Positions 1-19,892 are shown, counted from the stretch's first letter. The stretch: 64,000 nt of DNA from the human T2T-CHM13v2.0 reference genome, Homo sapiens (GCF_009914755.1 NC_060941.1); one strand, 5' to 3'. Program-made: numbers and translations. Notes: generated from the sequence alone by a model not told the origin.

Positions 1-140
1 TCCTTTAGAAATGCTTCCTTGTACTACAAATATATAGAAATCAATGTGAACAATAGCTGCTACCACAATTTAAGAGGGCAGACAGTGGCAAAAAACTTAG
101 CAAACTAATGTACACATACACATTTGCCTTATTTTTACAG

Positions 141-276
141 CACGCTTTGTTCCCAACCACCCAACTAACATAATTTGTAGCCTTGTATTAGGTAATAGAA
201 GTTAGGATTTCAGAACGTCATGGGAGACCTGGGGGAGACTGCTTGTTTTGAAGTTGAAAGCAGTAAATTAAAAAAT
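141..276 (+). pseudogene. Candidate pseudo-exon E1 (136 nt, phase 1->2); paralogous copy at ~6958-7094 has lost the acceptor
   Basis: ctaat branch-like site plus ccttatttttacag acceptor and AT|gtaagt donor. Reads [40 protein letters not shown], then N*K in copy A or HSN in copy C. Confidence 0.4.
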
Positions 277-405
277 GTAAGTGACAGCATAGAAAAATGT
301 ATATAGGGTTAACGTGCAGAGGTTTGTATTTAGGCTTTCTTGTAAGGTTAAATCCTGTTGTTTAAAACAAATATTCAGATAAGAATAACACTAAAACCAT
401 TCAAG

Positions 406-703
406 GGCTGGGCATGGTGACTCATGCCTGTAATCCTAGCACTTTGGGAGGCCGAGGCAAAGGAGTCACTTGAGCCCAGGAGTTTGAAACCAGCCTGGGC
501 AACATGGCAAAACCCCGTATCTACAAAACATTAGCCAGGAGTGGTGGCCTGCACCTATAGGCCCAGCTACTCAGGAGGCTGAGATAGGATCACCTGAGCC
601 TGTGGAGGTCAAGGTTGCAGTGAGCCGTGATCACACCACTGCATTCCAGTGCCACTGCATTCCATCCTGGGCAGCATACTGAGACTATCACAAAAATAAA
701 AAG
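406..703 (+). mobile_element. AluJ (paralogues at 4073-4387 and 7227-7540)
   Basis: Dimeric Alu with J-type gagcccagg/aaggttgcag diagnostics and A tail. Confidence 0.9.
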
Positions 704-860
704 AAAATCAATGTACTGGTAATGATTTTTTTAAGCAGGTACATGGATGTTCATTTTATTGTTTTCCTTGCCATCTTAAATATTGACATTGACTGTAAAC
801 ATTTATTTAAAAGTAACTAAATGTTTAAAATGAAGTAAAATAAATGAAAACATAGAACAG

Positions 861-1023
<163 letters not shown>

Positions 1024-1063
1024 TCAAAAACAGAATACTCATAATAGGAAAGTCATTTTGAAG

Positions 1064-1120
1064 GCCTCTCTTAAGTGAGTGGCCTCATCTAGTCCAGGCT
1101 CAGATTTCAGAGACGATTGG
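1064..1120 (+). pseudogene. Candidate pseudo-exon E2, copy A (57 nt, phase 2->2)
   Basis: tcattttgaag acceptor and GG|gttaga donor. Open frame PLLSEWPHLVQAQISETIG. Confidence 0.4.
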
Positions 1121-1360
1121 GTTAGAAAGTTTAAAAAAACAAAAAAGTTTATGTGTTTCTCTTCCCTTGGGGATATGTTTATGTCCCCAAAGGGGGATAT
1201 ATATACATTATAATGACAACATGTAGGGAATTACCAAATTAATAGCCGGAACTTGGGAAAGATAAGACGGAAAATTAAGGGATGGGAATCTTAGGTAAAA
1301 TCAATTATATACATTCAGGTGTAAAAGTCTTTGAGGAAAGGAAAATAGCATTGGACATGA

Positions 1361-2064
<704 letters not shown>

Positions 2065-2137
2065 CTATTATTGAAAAATAAGTAATAGTACAGAAGATGT
2101 TCTTTGCTAAATTCCATTAATAACAAAAAAGAAATGA

Positions 2138-2497
<360 letters not shown>

Positions 2498-2909
2498 AAC
2501 CGCATGGTTTTTTATGCAGCCATTTAACCGACGATTTTTATGAGGATCATATAATATGGTAGAATTTATATGTAATGCAAAGTTTAAAAACAGAAGAAAA
2601 GTTGTAAGCATGTACATGCAAAAGTATCTAGCACAATGTAAACTACTAAGGAAAATAACGTGAGAGTTTTTTATGTGATTTATTAGTTTTGCTTTAGGTT
2701 GTTATAACATTAATGCAATTTTACATGTTTTGGATTAATATACTTTAATCCTTATTCCATGCCAGTCACTGCTTTTAATGCATCAGTGAAGTTGCTTCTC
2801 AGGATAGTTACCTCCAAGAGCATTTCATCAGTCTGGATACGACCTTACAATTAAAGTGATCCAAAAAATATATGAAGTTCTTGACATCGTACTAAAAATA
2901 CCAGAGATA

Positions 2910-3239
2910 GGCCAGGCACAGTGGCTCATGCCTGTAATTCCAGCACTTTTGGGAGGCTGAGGCGGGCGGATCATTTGAGGTCAGGAGTTCGAGACCAGCC
3001 TGACCAACATGGTGAAACTACGTCTGTACTAAAAAAAAAAAAAAAAAATACAAAAAAATTAGCCAGGCGTGGTGGCGCATGCATGTATCCCCAGCTACTT
3101 GGGAGGCTGAGGCAGGAGAATCTCTTGAACCTAGGAGGTGGAGGTTGAGTGAGCCGAGATGGTGCCACTGCACTCCAGCCTGGTTGACAGAGTGAGACTC
3201 CATATCAAAAATAAATACATAAATAAATAAAAATTAAAA
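2910..3239 (+). mobile_element. AluS
   Basis: TSD aaaa(t/c)accagagatag. Confidence 0.92.
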
Positions 3240-3269
3240 CACCAGAGATAGTGCCAGCAATTCATTCAA

Positions 3270-4427
3270 CAAATATTAAGTGGCTATTTTGTGCAAAGCA
3301 ATGAACAAGGTCCTTTAGAAATGCTTCCTTGTACTACAAATATATATGACGTGAACAATATCAATATCAATGTAATATATCAATGTGAACAATAGCTGCT
3401 ACCACAATTTAAGAGGCCAGACAGTGGCAAAAAACTTAGCAAACTGATGTACACATTCACATTTACCTTATTTTTATGGCACACGCTTTGTTCCCAACCA
3501 CCCGACTAACATAATTTGTAGCCTTGTATTAGGTAATAGAAGTTAGGATTTCAGAACGTGATGGGAGACCTGGGGGAGGCTGCTGCTTCTTTTTTTTTTC
3601 CTCTCTCTTTTTTTTTTTTTCAGACAGAGTCTTGCTCTGTTGCCCAGGCTGGAGCGCAGTGGCGAAATCTTGGCTCACTGTAAGCTCCACCTTCCGGGTT
3701 CAAGCAATTCCCTGCCTCAGCCTCCTGAGTAGCTGGGATTACAGGCGCCCACCACCGTGCCCAAATAATTTTTGTATTTTTAGTAGAGATCAGGTTTCAC
3801 CATCTCGGCCAGGCTGGTCTTGAACTCCAGACCTTGTGATCCATCCGCCTTGGCCTCCCAAAGTGCTAGGATTACAGGAGTGAGTCACTGCGCCCAGCCA
3901 GAGGCTGCTTGTTTGGAAGTTTAAAGCAGTACATTCAAATATGTAAGTGACAGCATAGAAAAATGTATATAGGGTTAACGTGCAGAGGTTTATATTTAGG
4001 CTTTCCTGTGAGTTTAAATCCTGTTGTTTAAAACAAATATTCAGATAAGAATAACACTTTAAAACCATTCAAGGGCTGGGCATGGTGACTCATGCCTGTA
4101 ATCCTAGCACTTTGGGAGGCCGAGGCAGAGGAATCACTTGAGCCCAGGAGTTTGAAACCAGCCTGAGCAACATGGCAAAACCCCCTATCTACAAAAAATT
4201 AGCCAGGAGTGGTGGCATGCACCTATAGACCCAGCTACTCGGAAAGCTGAGATAGAAGGATCACCTGAGTCCACAGAGGTCAAGGTTGCAGTGATCCGAG
4301 ATCATGCCACTGCATTCCAGTGCCACTGCATTCCATCCTAGGCAGCAGACTGAGACTCTGTCTCGAAAACAAAAAAAAAAGAAAGAAGGCCGGGTGCAGT
4401 GGCTCACACCTGTAATCCCAGCACTTT
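3270..4427. repeat. Local segmental duplication, copy B (3'-truncated)
   Basis: aaatattaagtggctattttgtgcaaagc... through the AluJ and the first ~40 bp of the next Alu match 6578-7583. Carries its own Alu at 3590-3899. Confidence 0.95.
3590..3899 (-). mobile_element. AluS specific to copy B, interrupting candidate exon E1
   Basis: TSD gaggctgct. Absent from copies A and C. Confidence 0.92.
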
Positions 4428-6577
<2,150 letters not shown>

Positions 6578-6752
6578 AATATTAAGTGGCTATTTTGTGC
6601 AAAGCAATGAACAAGGTCCCTTAGAAGTGCTTCCTTGTACTATAAATATATATGTGAGTGAGGGGTACAGCCTCCGTTAGAAGCTCCCAGCTTCCTTCTG
6701 GGGCAATGGGACGCACCTCTCTCCTGCCTCCTGGGCACTCACGCGCTCTCTG

Positions 6753-6789
<37 letters not shown>

Positions 6790-7543
6790 TTCTCCCTTTG
6801 CTCCCTTTCTCTTTCCCCCATGCCCATACGATGTGAACAATATCAATATCAATGTAATATATCAATGTGAACAATAGCTGCTACCACAATTTAAGAGGGC
6901 AGACAGTGGCAAAAAACTTAGCAAATGTACACATTCACATTTGCCTTATTTTTATGGCACATGCTTTGTTCCCAACCACCCAACTAACATAATTTGTAGC
7001 CTTGTATTAGGTAATAGAAGTTAGGATTTCAGAACGTCATGGGAGACCTGGGGGAGACTGCTTGTTTTGAAGTTGAAAGCAGTACATTCAAATATGTAAG
7101 TGACAGCATAGAAAAATGTATATAGGGTTAACGTGCAGAGGTCTGTATTTAGGTTTTCCTGTAAGTTTAAATCCTGTTGTTTAAAACAAATATTCGGATA
7201 AGAATAACACTTTAAAACCATTCAAGGGCTGGGCATGGTGACTCATGCCTGTAATCCTAGCACTTTGGGAGGCCGAGGCAGAGGAATCACTTGAGCCCAG
7301 GAGTTTGAAACCAGCCTGAGCAACATGGCAAAACCCCATATCTACAAAAAATTAGCCAGGAGTGGTGGCATGCACCTATAGGCCCAACTACTCAGGAGGC
7401 TGAAATAGGAGGATCACCTGAGTCCACGGAGGTCAAGGTTGCAGTGAGCCGTGATCACACTACTGCATTCCAGTGCCACTGCATTCCATTCTAGGCAGCA
7501 GACTGAGACTCTGCCTCAAAAACAAAAAAAAAAAAAGAAAGAA

Positions 7544-7853
7544 GGCCGGGTGCAGTGACTCACACCTGTAATCCCAGCACTTTGGGAGGCCGAGGCAGGC
7601 AGATCACTTGAGGTCAGGAGTTCAAGACCAGCCTGGCCAACATGGGGAAACCCCATCGCTACTAAAAATACAAAAATTATCCGGGCATGGTGGCAGGTGC
7701 CTGTGCCTGTAATCCCAGCTATTCAGGAGGTTGAGGCAGGAGAATCACTTGAACCCAGGATGCGGAGGTTGCAATGAGCCAAGATCATGCCACTGCACTC
7801 CAGCCTGGGCCACAGAACAAGACTCCATCTCAAAAAAAAAAAAAAAAAAAAAA
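7544..7853 (+). mobile_element. AluSx-like (its first ~40 bp also at 4388-4427)
   Basis: Full Alu with A tail. Absent in copy A. Confidence 0.9.
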
Positions 7854-7985
7854 CTACTGGTAATGATTTTTTTTTAAAGCAGGTACATGGATGTTCATCT
7901 TGTTTTCCTTGCCATGTTAAATATTATTTGACATTGACTGTAGATTTTTTTTTAAGTAACTAAATGTTTAAAATGAAGTAAATTA

Positions 7986-8310
<325 letters not shown>

Positions 8311-8484
8311 GAAGTAAAATAAAAGAAAAAATAAAACAGAATAGGGGCCAAGCGTGGTGGCTAACACCTGTAATCTCAGCAATTTGGATGGCCAAGGTGG
8401 GAGGATCATGGAGCCCAGGAGGTCAAGGCTGCAGTGAGCCATTATTGTGCCACTGCACTGCAGCCTGGGCAACAAAGTGACAAA

Positions 8485-8485
<1 letters not shown>

Positions 8486-8538
<53 letters not shown>
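8486..8538. repeat. (CA)n microsatellite with a CG interruption
   Basis: Direct reading. Confidence 0.95.
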
Positions 8539-8542
<4 letters not shown>

Positions 8543-8570
8543 TACTACTAATAAGAAAGTAATTTTGCAG

Positions 8571-8627
8571 GCCTTTCTTAGGTGAATGGCCTCAACTAGT
8601 CCAGGCTCAGATTTCAGAGATGATTGG
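8571..8627 (+). pseudogene. Candidate pseudo-exon E2, copy C (57 nt, phase 2->2)
   Basis: ctaat...aattttgcag acceptor and GG|gttaga donor. Open frame PFLGEWPQLVQAQISEMIG. Confidence 0.45.
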
Positions 8628-8943
8628 GTTAGACACCTTTAAAAAAAGAAAAGTGTATATGTTTCTCTTCCCTTGGGGACATGGTTATGTCCCCAAAGGG
8701 GGATGTATGTACATTATAATGACAACATGTAGGGAACTACCAAATTAATAGCTGGAACTTGGGAAAGATAAAGCAGAAAATTAACAGATGGGAATCTTAT
8801 ATAAAATCAATTACATGCATTCAGGTGTAAAAGTCTTTGAGAAAAGGAAAATAGCATTGGACATGAAAACAGGACCATTCTTTACACATCAAAATATTAT
8901 TATGAGATTCATTCAATCACCGTTTTGTTTTGTTTTGAGATAG

Positions 8944-9132
<189 letters not shown>

Positions 9133-9443
9133 TAGTCTCGAACTCTTGACCTCAGGTGATCTGCCCACCTCGGCCTCCCCAAGTCCTGGGATTACAAGCA
9201 TGAGCACCAGCATTTATTAATTTATATGTTCGAGGCACTGTACTAGGCCTTGAAGTTACTGATTACTGAGATGGAAAAATTATAATAATTAAAGGACAGT
9301 CTTGTGAAAGAGAATTTTTTTAAGAAAGAAGGAAGAAAGGGAGGGAAAGAGGGAGACAGGGAGGGAAAGGAAAAGAAAGGAGGAAGGGAGGGAGACGGAC
9401 TCATTAACAACCTGGACTAAATTTCATTAATAATGCTTTTTAA

Positions 9444-10310
<867 letters not shown>

Positions 10311-10483
10311 AACAACAACAACAACAAAATGAACTGCACTCTTCTAAATTACAGTATTAAGGAAAGCTAAACTTTCAGCATTAAATGCACCCAATTGCTT
10401 TATCACAGCAACTGTGCTTTATCACAGCAACAGTTTTAGATATATTTTTGAGAAAAAAAAATGGGAGAGATAACAATTCTTAG

Positions 10484-10530
10484 GGAATTCACCCTTTACT
10501 CTCTTCCTAAAATGGAAATCTACTTCGAAA
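10484..10530 (+). pseudogene. Candidate pseudo-exon E3 (47 nt, phase 2->1)
   Basis: aattcttag acceptor and weak AAA|gtaaat donor. Open frame EFTLYSLPKMEIYFE, in phase with E2 and E4. Confidence 0.35.
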
Positions 10531-10627
10531 GTAAATTGTGCATGCACATGCCTTTGATGGGTATAAAAATTGCAGAAAATCTTTTCAAATCATTTTTATT
10601 CCCTTATGACTTCTAATTTATTTTCAG

Positions 10628-10663
10628 GAGAATTGTTCATGTTTTATCAAATCATTGTTTTAG
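10628..10663 (+). pseudogene. Candidate pseudo-exon E4 (36 nt, phase 1->1)
   Basis: ttctaatttattttcag acceptor and TAG|gtatct donor. Open frame (R)ELFMFYQIIVL(G). Confidence 0.45.
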
Positions 10664-10792
10664 GTATCTGTCTCAAATATAGTGACACCACCTGTTTTAT
10701 ACCAATAAAATTAATCCTTTCCCATAAATGATATTTAATATAACTGTCCAGTGAAATGCTATAACAGCAACTCATTCAATAGCATTTTCTAA

Positions 10793-11100
<308 letters not shown>

Positions 11101-11252
11101 GACCAAAAGTTTTAAACTTTTTCATTAATGTATTTTACTAATCACTTAAAGTTGTATTCTTTATGATAGCATCCGAGACCATAAGTGAAAATCTACACAT
11201 GGTTATCAGAATATTTCAAAGCTTTTGTTTAAAACATTTTTCTGTTTTCCAG

Positions 11253-11387
11253 GGCTAATGTCAAAATTTGATGTGACTCTGCAAGAAAATGCTTACCATC
11301 TGTGGTTGGTATTTTTCTTCTGCTCCAGCCATTAATATATATTTTTACATACAAAAGTTGTTTCCAGTAATAAAAAATCTGTCTGAG
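11253..11387 (+). pseudogene. Candidate pseudo-exon E5 encoding a hydrophobic, TM-like segment; needs +1 nt in a T-run
   Basis: Strong ttttctgttttccag acceptor and GAG|gtaagg donor. Reads LMSKFDVTLQENAYHLWLVFF/LLLQPLIYIFTYKSCFQ**KICLR. Confidence 0.5.
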
Positions 11388-11531
11388 GTAAGGTTATATT
11401 AATATTTGTACTCCTGCAAAGCTATTTTTGTAGTGTAAATTTCAAATTTAATACAGCTTATCCACCATAGAAGAGGCTAACATCAAGTGCTCAGCAATTT
11501 ATACCACTGCTTAAAAGTTAACTTTCTTTCA

Positions 11532-12194
<663 letters not shown>

Positions 12195-12775
12195 TGTAGT
12201 CTTAAAGTGGCTTTCTCAGCTGCCAACTCTAGGACCTCTCAACTCAGCTCCTCGTGTCTAGTTCAATCTCCCAGTGTCCCCATCTCATGTTTTAAGGAGA
12301 GAAAATTTCATTGGCTTTTTGGTCAGCCACACACGTTTGGCTCCGTCAGTGGAGGCCAAGCTCCCTTAGTACAAACACAGCTACCTGGGCTTATACCTGC
12401 TGTAAGGCAGTGGTTCTCAAGGTGGGTTCTCTGCACCAGTAGCATTAGAAATGTACATTCATGGGCCCCACCCCAACCTACAGAATCAGCATCTCCAGGG
12501 ATGGAGCCTGGGACGCTGTATTAGAGCTACAGACGAGGGCAGATTTCCTCAGGAAGAGATGCGTGTAGGGACTACCTTCTTACCACCCTGAGAAGGCAGA
12601 AGGCAACTGGCATGGGGGAGCCCAGATCTGCAGAGACACAGGTAGGAAATGTGACCCTAGCTTCTGTGATTGGGTGATTGATTGGATGATTTCATCACCT
12701 TGATTTTGGACTTCTACCCTTCACTGCATCTGGCCCAGGTCTTTTCCAGTAGATAAATAAATGGTGAACTGAAGG

Positions 12776-12914
12776 CCAGGCATGGTGGCTCATGCCTGTA
12801 ATCCCAGCACTTTGGCAGGTGAGGCAGGAGGACCAGTTGATGCCACAAGTTCGAGACCAATCAGGGCAACATCACAGGACCCTGTCTCAAAAAAAAAAAA
12901 AAAAAAAAAAAAAA
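12776..12914 (+). mobile_element. FLAM (free left Alu monomer)
   Basis: Left arm plus long A tail. Confidence 0.85.
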
Positions 12915-13324
12915 GGAAATGAATTCATAGAAAGAGACTGACAAAGCAGACAAACAGAGAGAAGCTAAGAAACTTCTCAACCCTCGAAAGGGAGACAAAG
13001 AGAGTGATTGACAGATTCCCTGCCAGTTCTCCTGGCTCAGGTGTACTTCTCACACTCCATTTCCAAGAGGTCCCCCAGTGAATAACCACCCTGTCCCTTA
13101 CTTAAGCAAGTTTAAGTGGGCCCCTGTTCCTTGCATTTACTTTGTCTCCACTTGAAACCCCTTTTCCTTTTCAGATCTGTCCTAAGCTCATCCTCAGAGA
13201 TCCTTGATTGTCTGTCTTGCTCCTGCCCATGTTTTCCCCAGAACTGGACTCTCACCTGGAACCCAGCCCACGGCTTGGATCCCACCACCCAGCTGCCACG
13301 CTTCTACAATCTAGAGCGGCGTAA

Positions 13325-13796
13325 TACATATGGCTAGTGCGCACTTGAAACCTGGCTAGTGATGGGCTGCAAGTGTAAAATACACAGTGGATTTCAAAGA
13401 CTCAGTATGGAGAAAAAAGCAAAATATCTTATTAATATTTTTTATATTGATGACACGTTAAAATAATATTTTGGATATACCTACATTGGGTTAAATAAAA
13501 TATAATATTGGCCAGGCACAGTGGCTCACACCTGTAATCCCAGCACTTTGGGAGGCCTAGGGTGGATCACCTGAGGTTCGGAGTTCAAGACTAGCCTGGC
13601 CAACATGGTGAAATCCTGTCTCTACTAAAAATACAAAAAATTAGCCAGGTGTGGTGGTGGATGCCTGTAGTCCCAGCTACTCGGGAGGCTGAAGCATGAG
13701 AATCACTTGGACCTTAGAGGTGGAGGTTGCAGTGAGTCGAGATCTTGCCACTGCACTCCAGCCTGGGTGACAGAGTGCAGAGCAAGACTCTGTCTG

Positions 13797-13851
<55 letters not shown>

Positions 13852-14118
13852 TATAGTATATATACAGTATATATAGTATATATACTGTATATATACTATA
13901 TATATAGTATATATACTGTACATACTATATATATAGTATATATAGTGTATATACACTGTATATGTATACACTGTATATATATACACTGTATATGTATACA
14001 CTATATATACTGTATATATAGTGTATATATATATACTATATGTAGTAATTGAAGCTCATTTCATCTAGAAAATTTGAAATTACAAATATGGCTCTCATTG
14101 TATGTCTTTTGGACTGTG
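13325..14118 (-). mobile_element. MER33-like DNA element interrupted by AluSx (13510-13829) and a TA-rich repeat (13830-14041)
   Basis: gcacttgaaacctggctagt, gtaaaatacacagtggatttcaaagact, ttgggttaaataaaatata, ctagaaaatttgaaattaca. Confidence 0.8.
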
Positions 14119-14477
14119 GTGACCTAGAGGTAATGACTATTCACGTATGTACCTCCAGAATATTTGACATAAGCTGGATTTGCCACTGGCTAGCTCTGCA
14201 CTCCGCCCAACATCGGACTTTGCCTACCTCACCCCTCAGGCCTTACCTTACCCACCCAGCTCTCTAATTAATTTCTATGGCGAGGTCAGTTCAACAGCAA
14301 CTATCTCACCCTGGTGAGAATGAAACAATCTAGTGTTAAGATTTTCTTTCAGCCCCTACCACACCTACCTGGTTTTGCCTTACATTGACCATCGTTCCTG
14401 TGCCTAAGTCTTAAAACTAGACAGAGATTGTACAGCAGATTCATGTGTGCAGTAGAGAGGTGGGCTAGATGACCTCT

Positions 14478-15225
<748 letters not shown>

Positions 15226-15560
15226 TTCTAAGTCTCTTCCATACTTTATCACATACGATACAGATAACAAAACACATTCTGCAACAGGTTTTCATTTTTT
15301 GTTGCATTTATAATGCTGCACTTTTTTAAAAATAGAAAATCATGTAAATCTAGACCATTTTATGCACCCATTTTAAGTATACACACTAGTCTGTTATATT
15401 GTGAATTCTGAGATAAAAGAGAATGTAATTTGAAGAGATTGCATATTTTCCAAAGCCAATTTGGTGATTTAAGCATGGAAGTATTACAATTAAATGTTTG
15501 AAAAGTTATCTATGCATGTTTTGCTGTAAGACGATAGCATGAAGCAACACATCTTTTCAG

Positions 15561-15717
15561 GATGAGGTAGCAGCTCCAGCCCCGGGGGAAGGGAGCCGGG
15601 GCATCACTCGACTGCAACTACTTTGGACGACTGAGCAACATGAACAGGCTCAAAAAAAAAGTCATATCCAATCATCCTCAAAATACGAACTGTAGTAGCT
15701 ACAACACAATTCTCTAA
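15561..15717 (+). pseudogene. Candidate terminal coding pseudo-exon E6 (phase 2 to TAA)
   Basis: atcttttcag acceptor. Reads MR*QLQPRGKGAGASLDCNYFGRLSNMNRLKKKVISNHPQNTNCSSYNTIL*. Locally CpG-retaining; a possible donor C|gtaagc lies at 15811. Confidence 0.4.
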
Positions 15718-16189
15718 GGGCGAGATGGGCGGAGAAGTGGAAATATTTGTACGATGCAGTCTTTATGGGTAATGCAGAGAATATGGGCCAGAATGAGATC
15801 AACATGACTCGTAAGCCTGTGGGTCAATGTCAAACCATTGCTTAAAATTCCTCAATGGCTGCTCATTGCCCTCAGGACCCAGTCCAGAGAGCTTTGTGTG
15901 GCATTTCCAGCATTGCCGGGCCCCTGCCCACCTCCAGCCTTATTTCCTCCTTCTCTGCCCTGCCTGTACCAAAGAACTCAAGACTCTCATCTTTCAGGTT
16001 CCTTTTGTCTCATGGAGCTCAGTTTCTCCTCTCACCTTCAGTCAGTAAGTAGGCACCTGCTTTCCCATCTGTCTGGCCTATCCAAACAGGAAAGCATATA
16101 ATATGAGTATTTTACATCGTGTAATTGACTACTTGATCGATTCATAAATTATATTGTGGTGTGAATGTGTCTGATAATATATTACTTAG

Positions 16190-16533
<344 letters not shown>

Positions 16534-16648
16534 TAATTAATGATATAATTTTAAATGGGAGAACCACCAGAGATCATCTACCATGTTCACCTCCCTCTGG
16601 ATGAAGAAAATTAGGCTATTTTTTTTTTAACATCTTAAAAGACAGTCA

Positions 16649-17750
<1,102 letters not shown>

Positions 17751-18573
17751 TCAGAAGCCTCTTAGAGTGTGTATAATTGTGATAATCACAGACTCTGACA
17801 ACAAAGTCAATTATTGGAATACATCCTCTTCATTAGTAGGGTCTTTAAGGTAGCACCCCCCACCAAATTCCAGATAAAAACTTCAGGCCTCCCCTGAGGT
17901 AAGGCTGGACTTCCCCAGGGCTTCTATCATGGGAGGCTCATCCCAATAAGACCAATGGCATGGAGGAAGTAAAGAAAAGACAAAGTGCTCTGTAAGCAAC
18001 TGGGTACCAAGAGAAACTCTAAAATCCACAGTGGGGAAAGTTGTTCTATCTTTCCAAGGCCTGAGTGAACTAAGGGGCGGTGAGAGGTCAGAAGTATTCC
18101 ATTAATTAATATCCTTGCACATGTAAGGAAACTTCAGGAGTTGAGTAAGAAGCAAACTTCCCCCTGCTGTTCACTAACGGCCGAATCAATGAATGTCAAG
18201 ATCATTACAAAGCAATGTCATTTCATATTTTCCAAATGACAGAGGAGAATATTTAATTGCATCCATTATCTGGGAAAGCTGATACTGTTAACTGTGGAGA
18301 AATTTATGAAGCAAGAAGGGCCCTTTACCTACAGAGGTGCATAAACACACTCGGACTAGAATTTCTAGATTTCTAAGTAATTGTTTTTGGTATTAGACCC
18401 CCCAGTGGCCATTCCTTTATTAAAACTTGTCATTGTGTGTTTAAAATCCTATCCACTGAGTTGGTTTCAACCTTACTGGAAAGGAATTTATAAATAAATA
18501 TCAAAGCACATGGTAAGGTTACATTCCTAGGAATCTATTCTAAGGAAATCATCAGAGGTCTGCCCAAAGACAC

Positions 18574-18924
18574 TGATATGGTTTGGCTCTGTGTCCTCAA
18601 CTAAATCTCGTCGCGAATTGTAATCCCCACGTGTGGAGGGAGAGAGGTGATTGGATCATGGGGGCTATTTTCCCCATGCTGTTCTCATGGTAGTGAGTGA
18701 ATTCGCATGAGATCTGATGGTTTTATAAATGGCAGTTTTTCCTGCACTTACACTCTCTCCCGCCATCTTGTGAAGAAGGTGCCTGCTTCCCCTTCCGCCA
18801 TAACTGTAACTTTCCTGAGGCCTCCACAGCCATGCAGACCTGTGAGTCAGTTAAACTTCCTTTGTTTATAAATTACCCAGTCTCGGATACTATCTTTATA
18901 GCAGTGTGAGAACAGACTAATACA
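18574..18924 (+). mobile_element. THE1 (THE1D-like) solo LTR within an old L1 fragment
   Basis: tgatatggtttggctctgtgtc...cagactaataca termini. 5-bp TSD gacac/gacat. Confidence 0.9.
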
Positions 18925-19040
18925 GACATATGCAAGGATATTCATCCAATACTGTTTACAAGGACAACAAAGTGAAAGCAATTTAAATGCACAAAAGGAG
19001 ATTGGTTTTAAAATATATGGTATACTTGTATAAAAAACTG

Positions 19041-19892
<852 letters not shown>

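Noticed and set aside
333-347. 8-9 nt micro-exon (tttag|GCTTT(T)CT|gtaag/gtgag) in all three duplicate copies
   Set aside because: Length differs between copies, it does not fit the phase chain, and it lies too close to the E1 donor for a normal intron.
2785-2835. C/D-box snoRNA-like pattern on the - strand (TGATGA...CTGA...CTGA)
   Set aside because: Only ~48 nt from box C to box D, with no terminal stem and no recognisable guide.
11300-11370. QPLIY resembling the GPCR TM7 NPxxY motif
   Set aside because: The upstream reconstructed sequence lacks the preceding TM helices and motifs; the family cannot be assigned from this alone.
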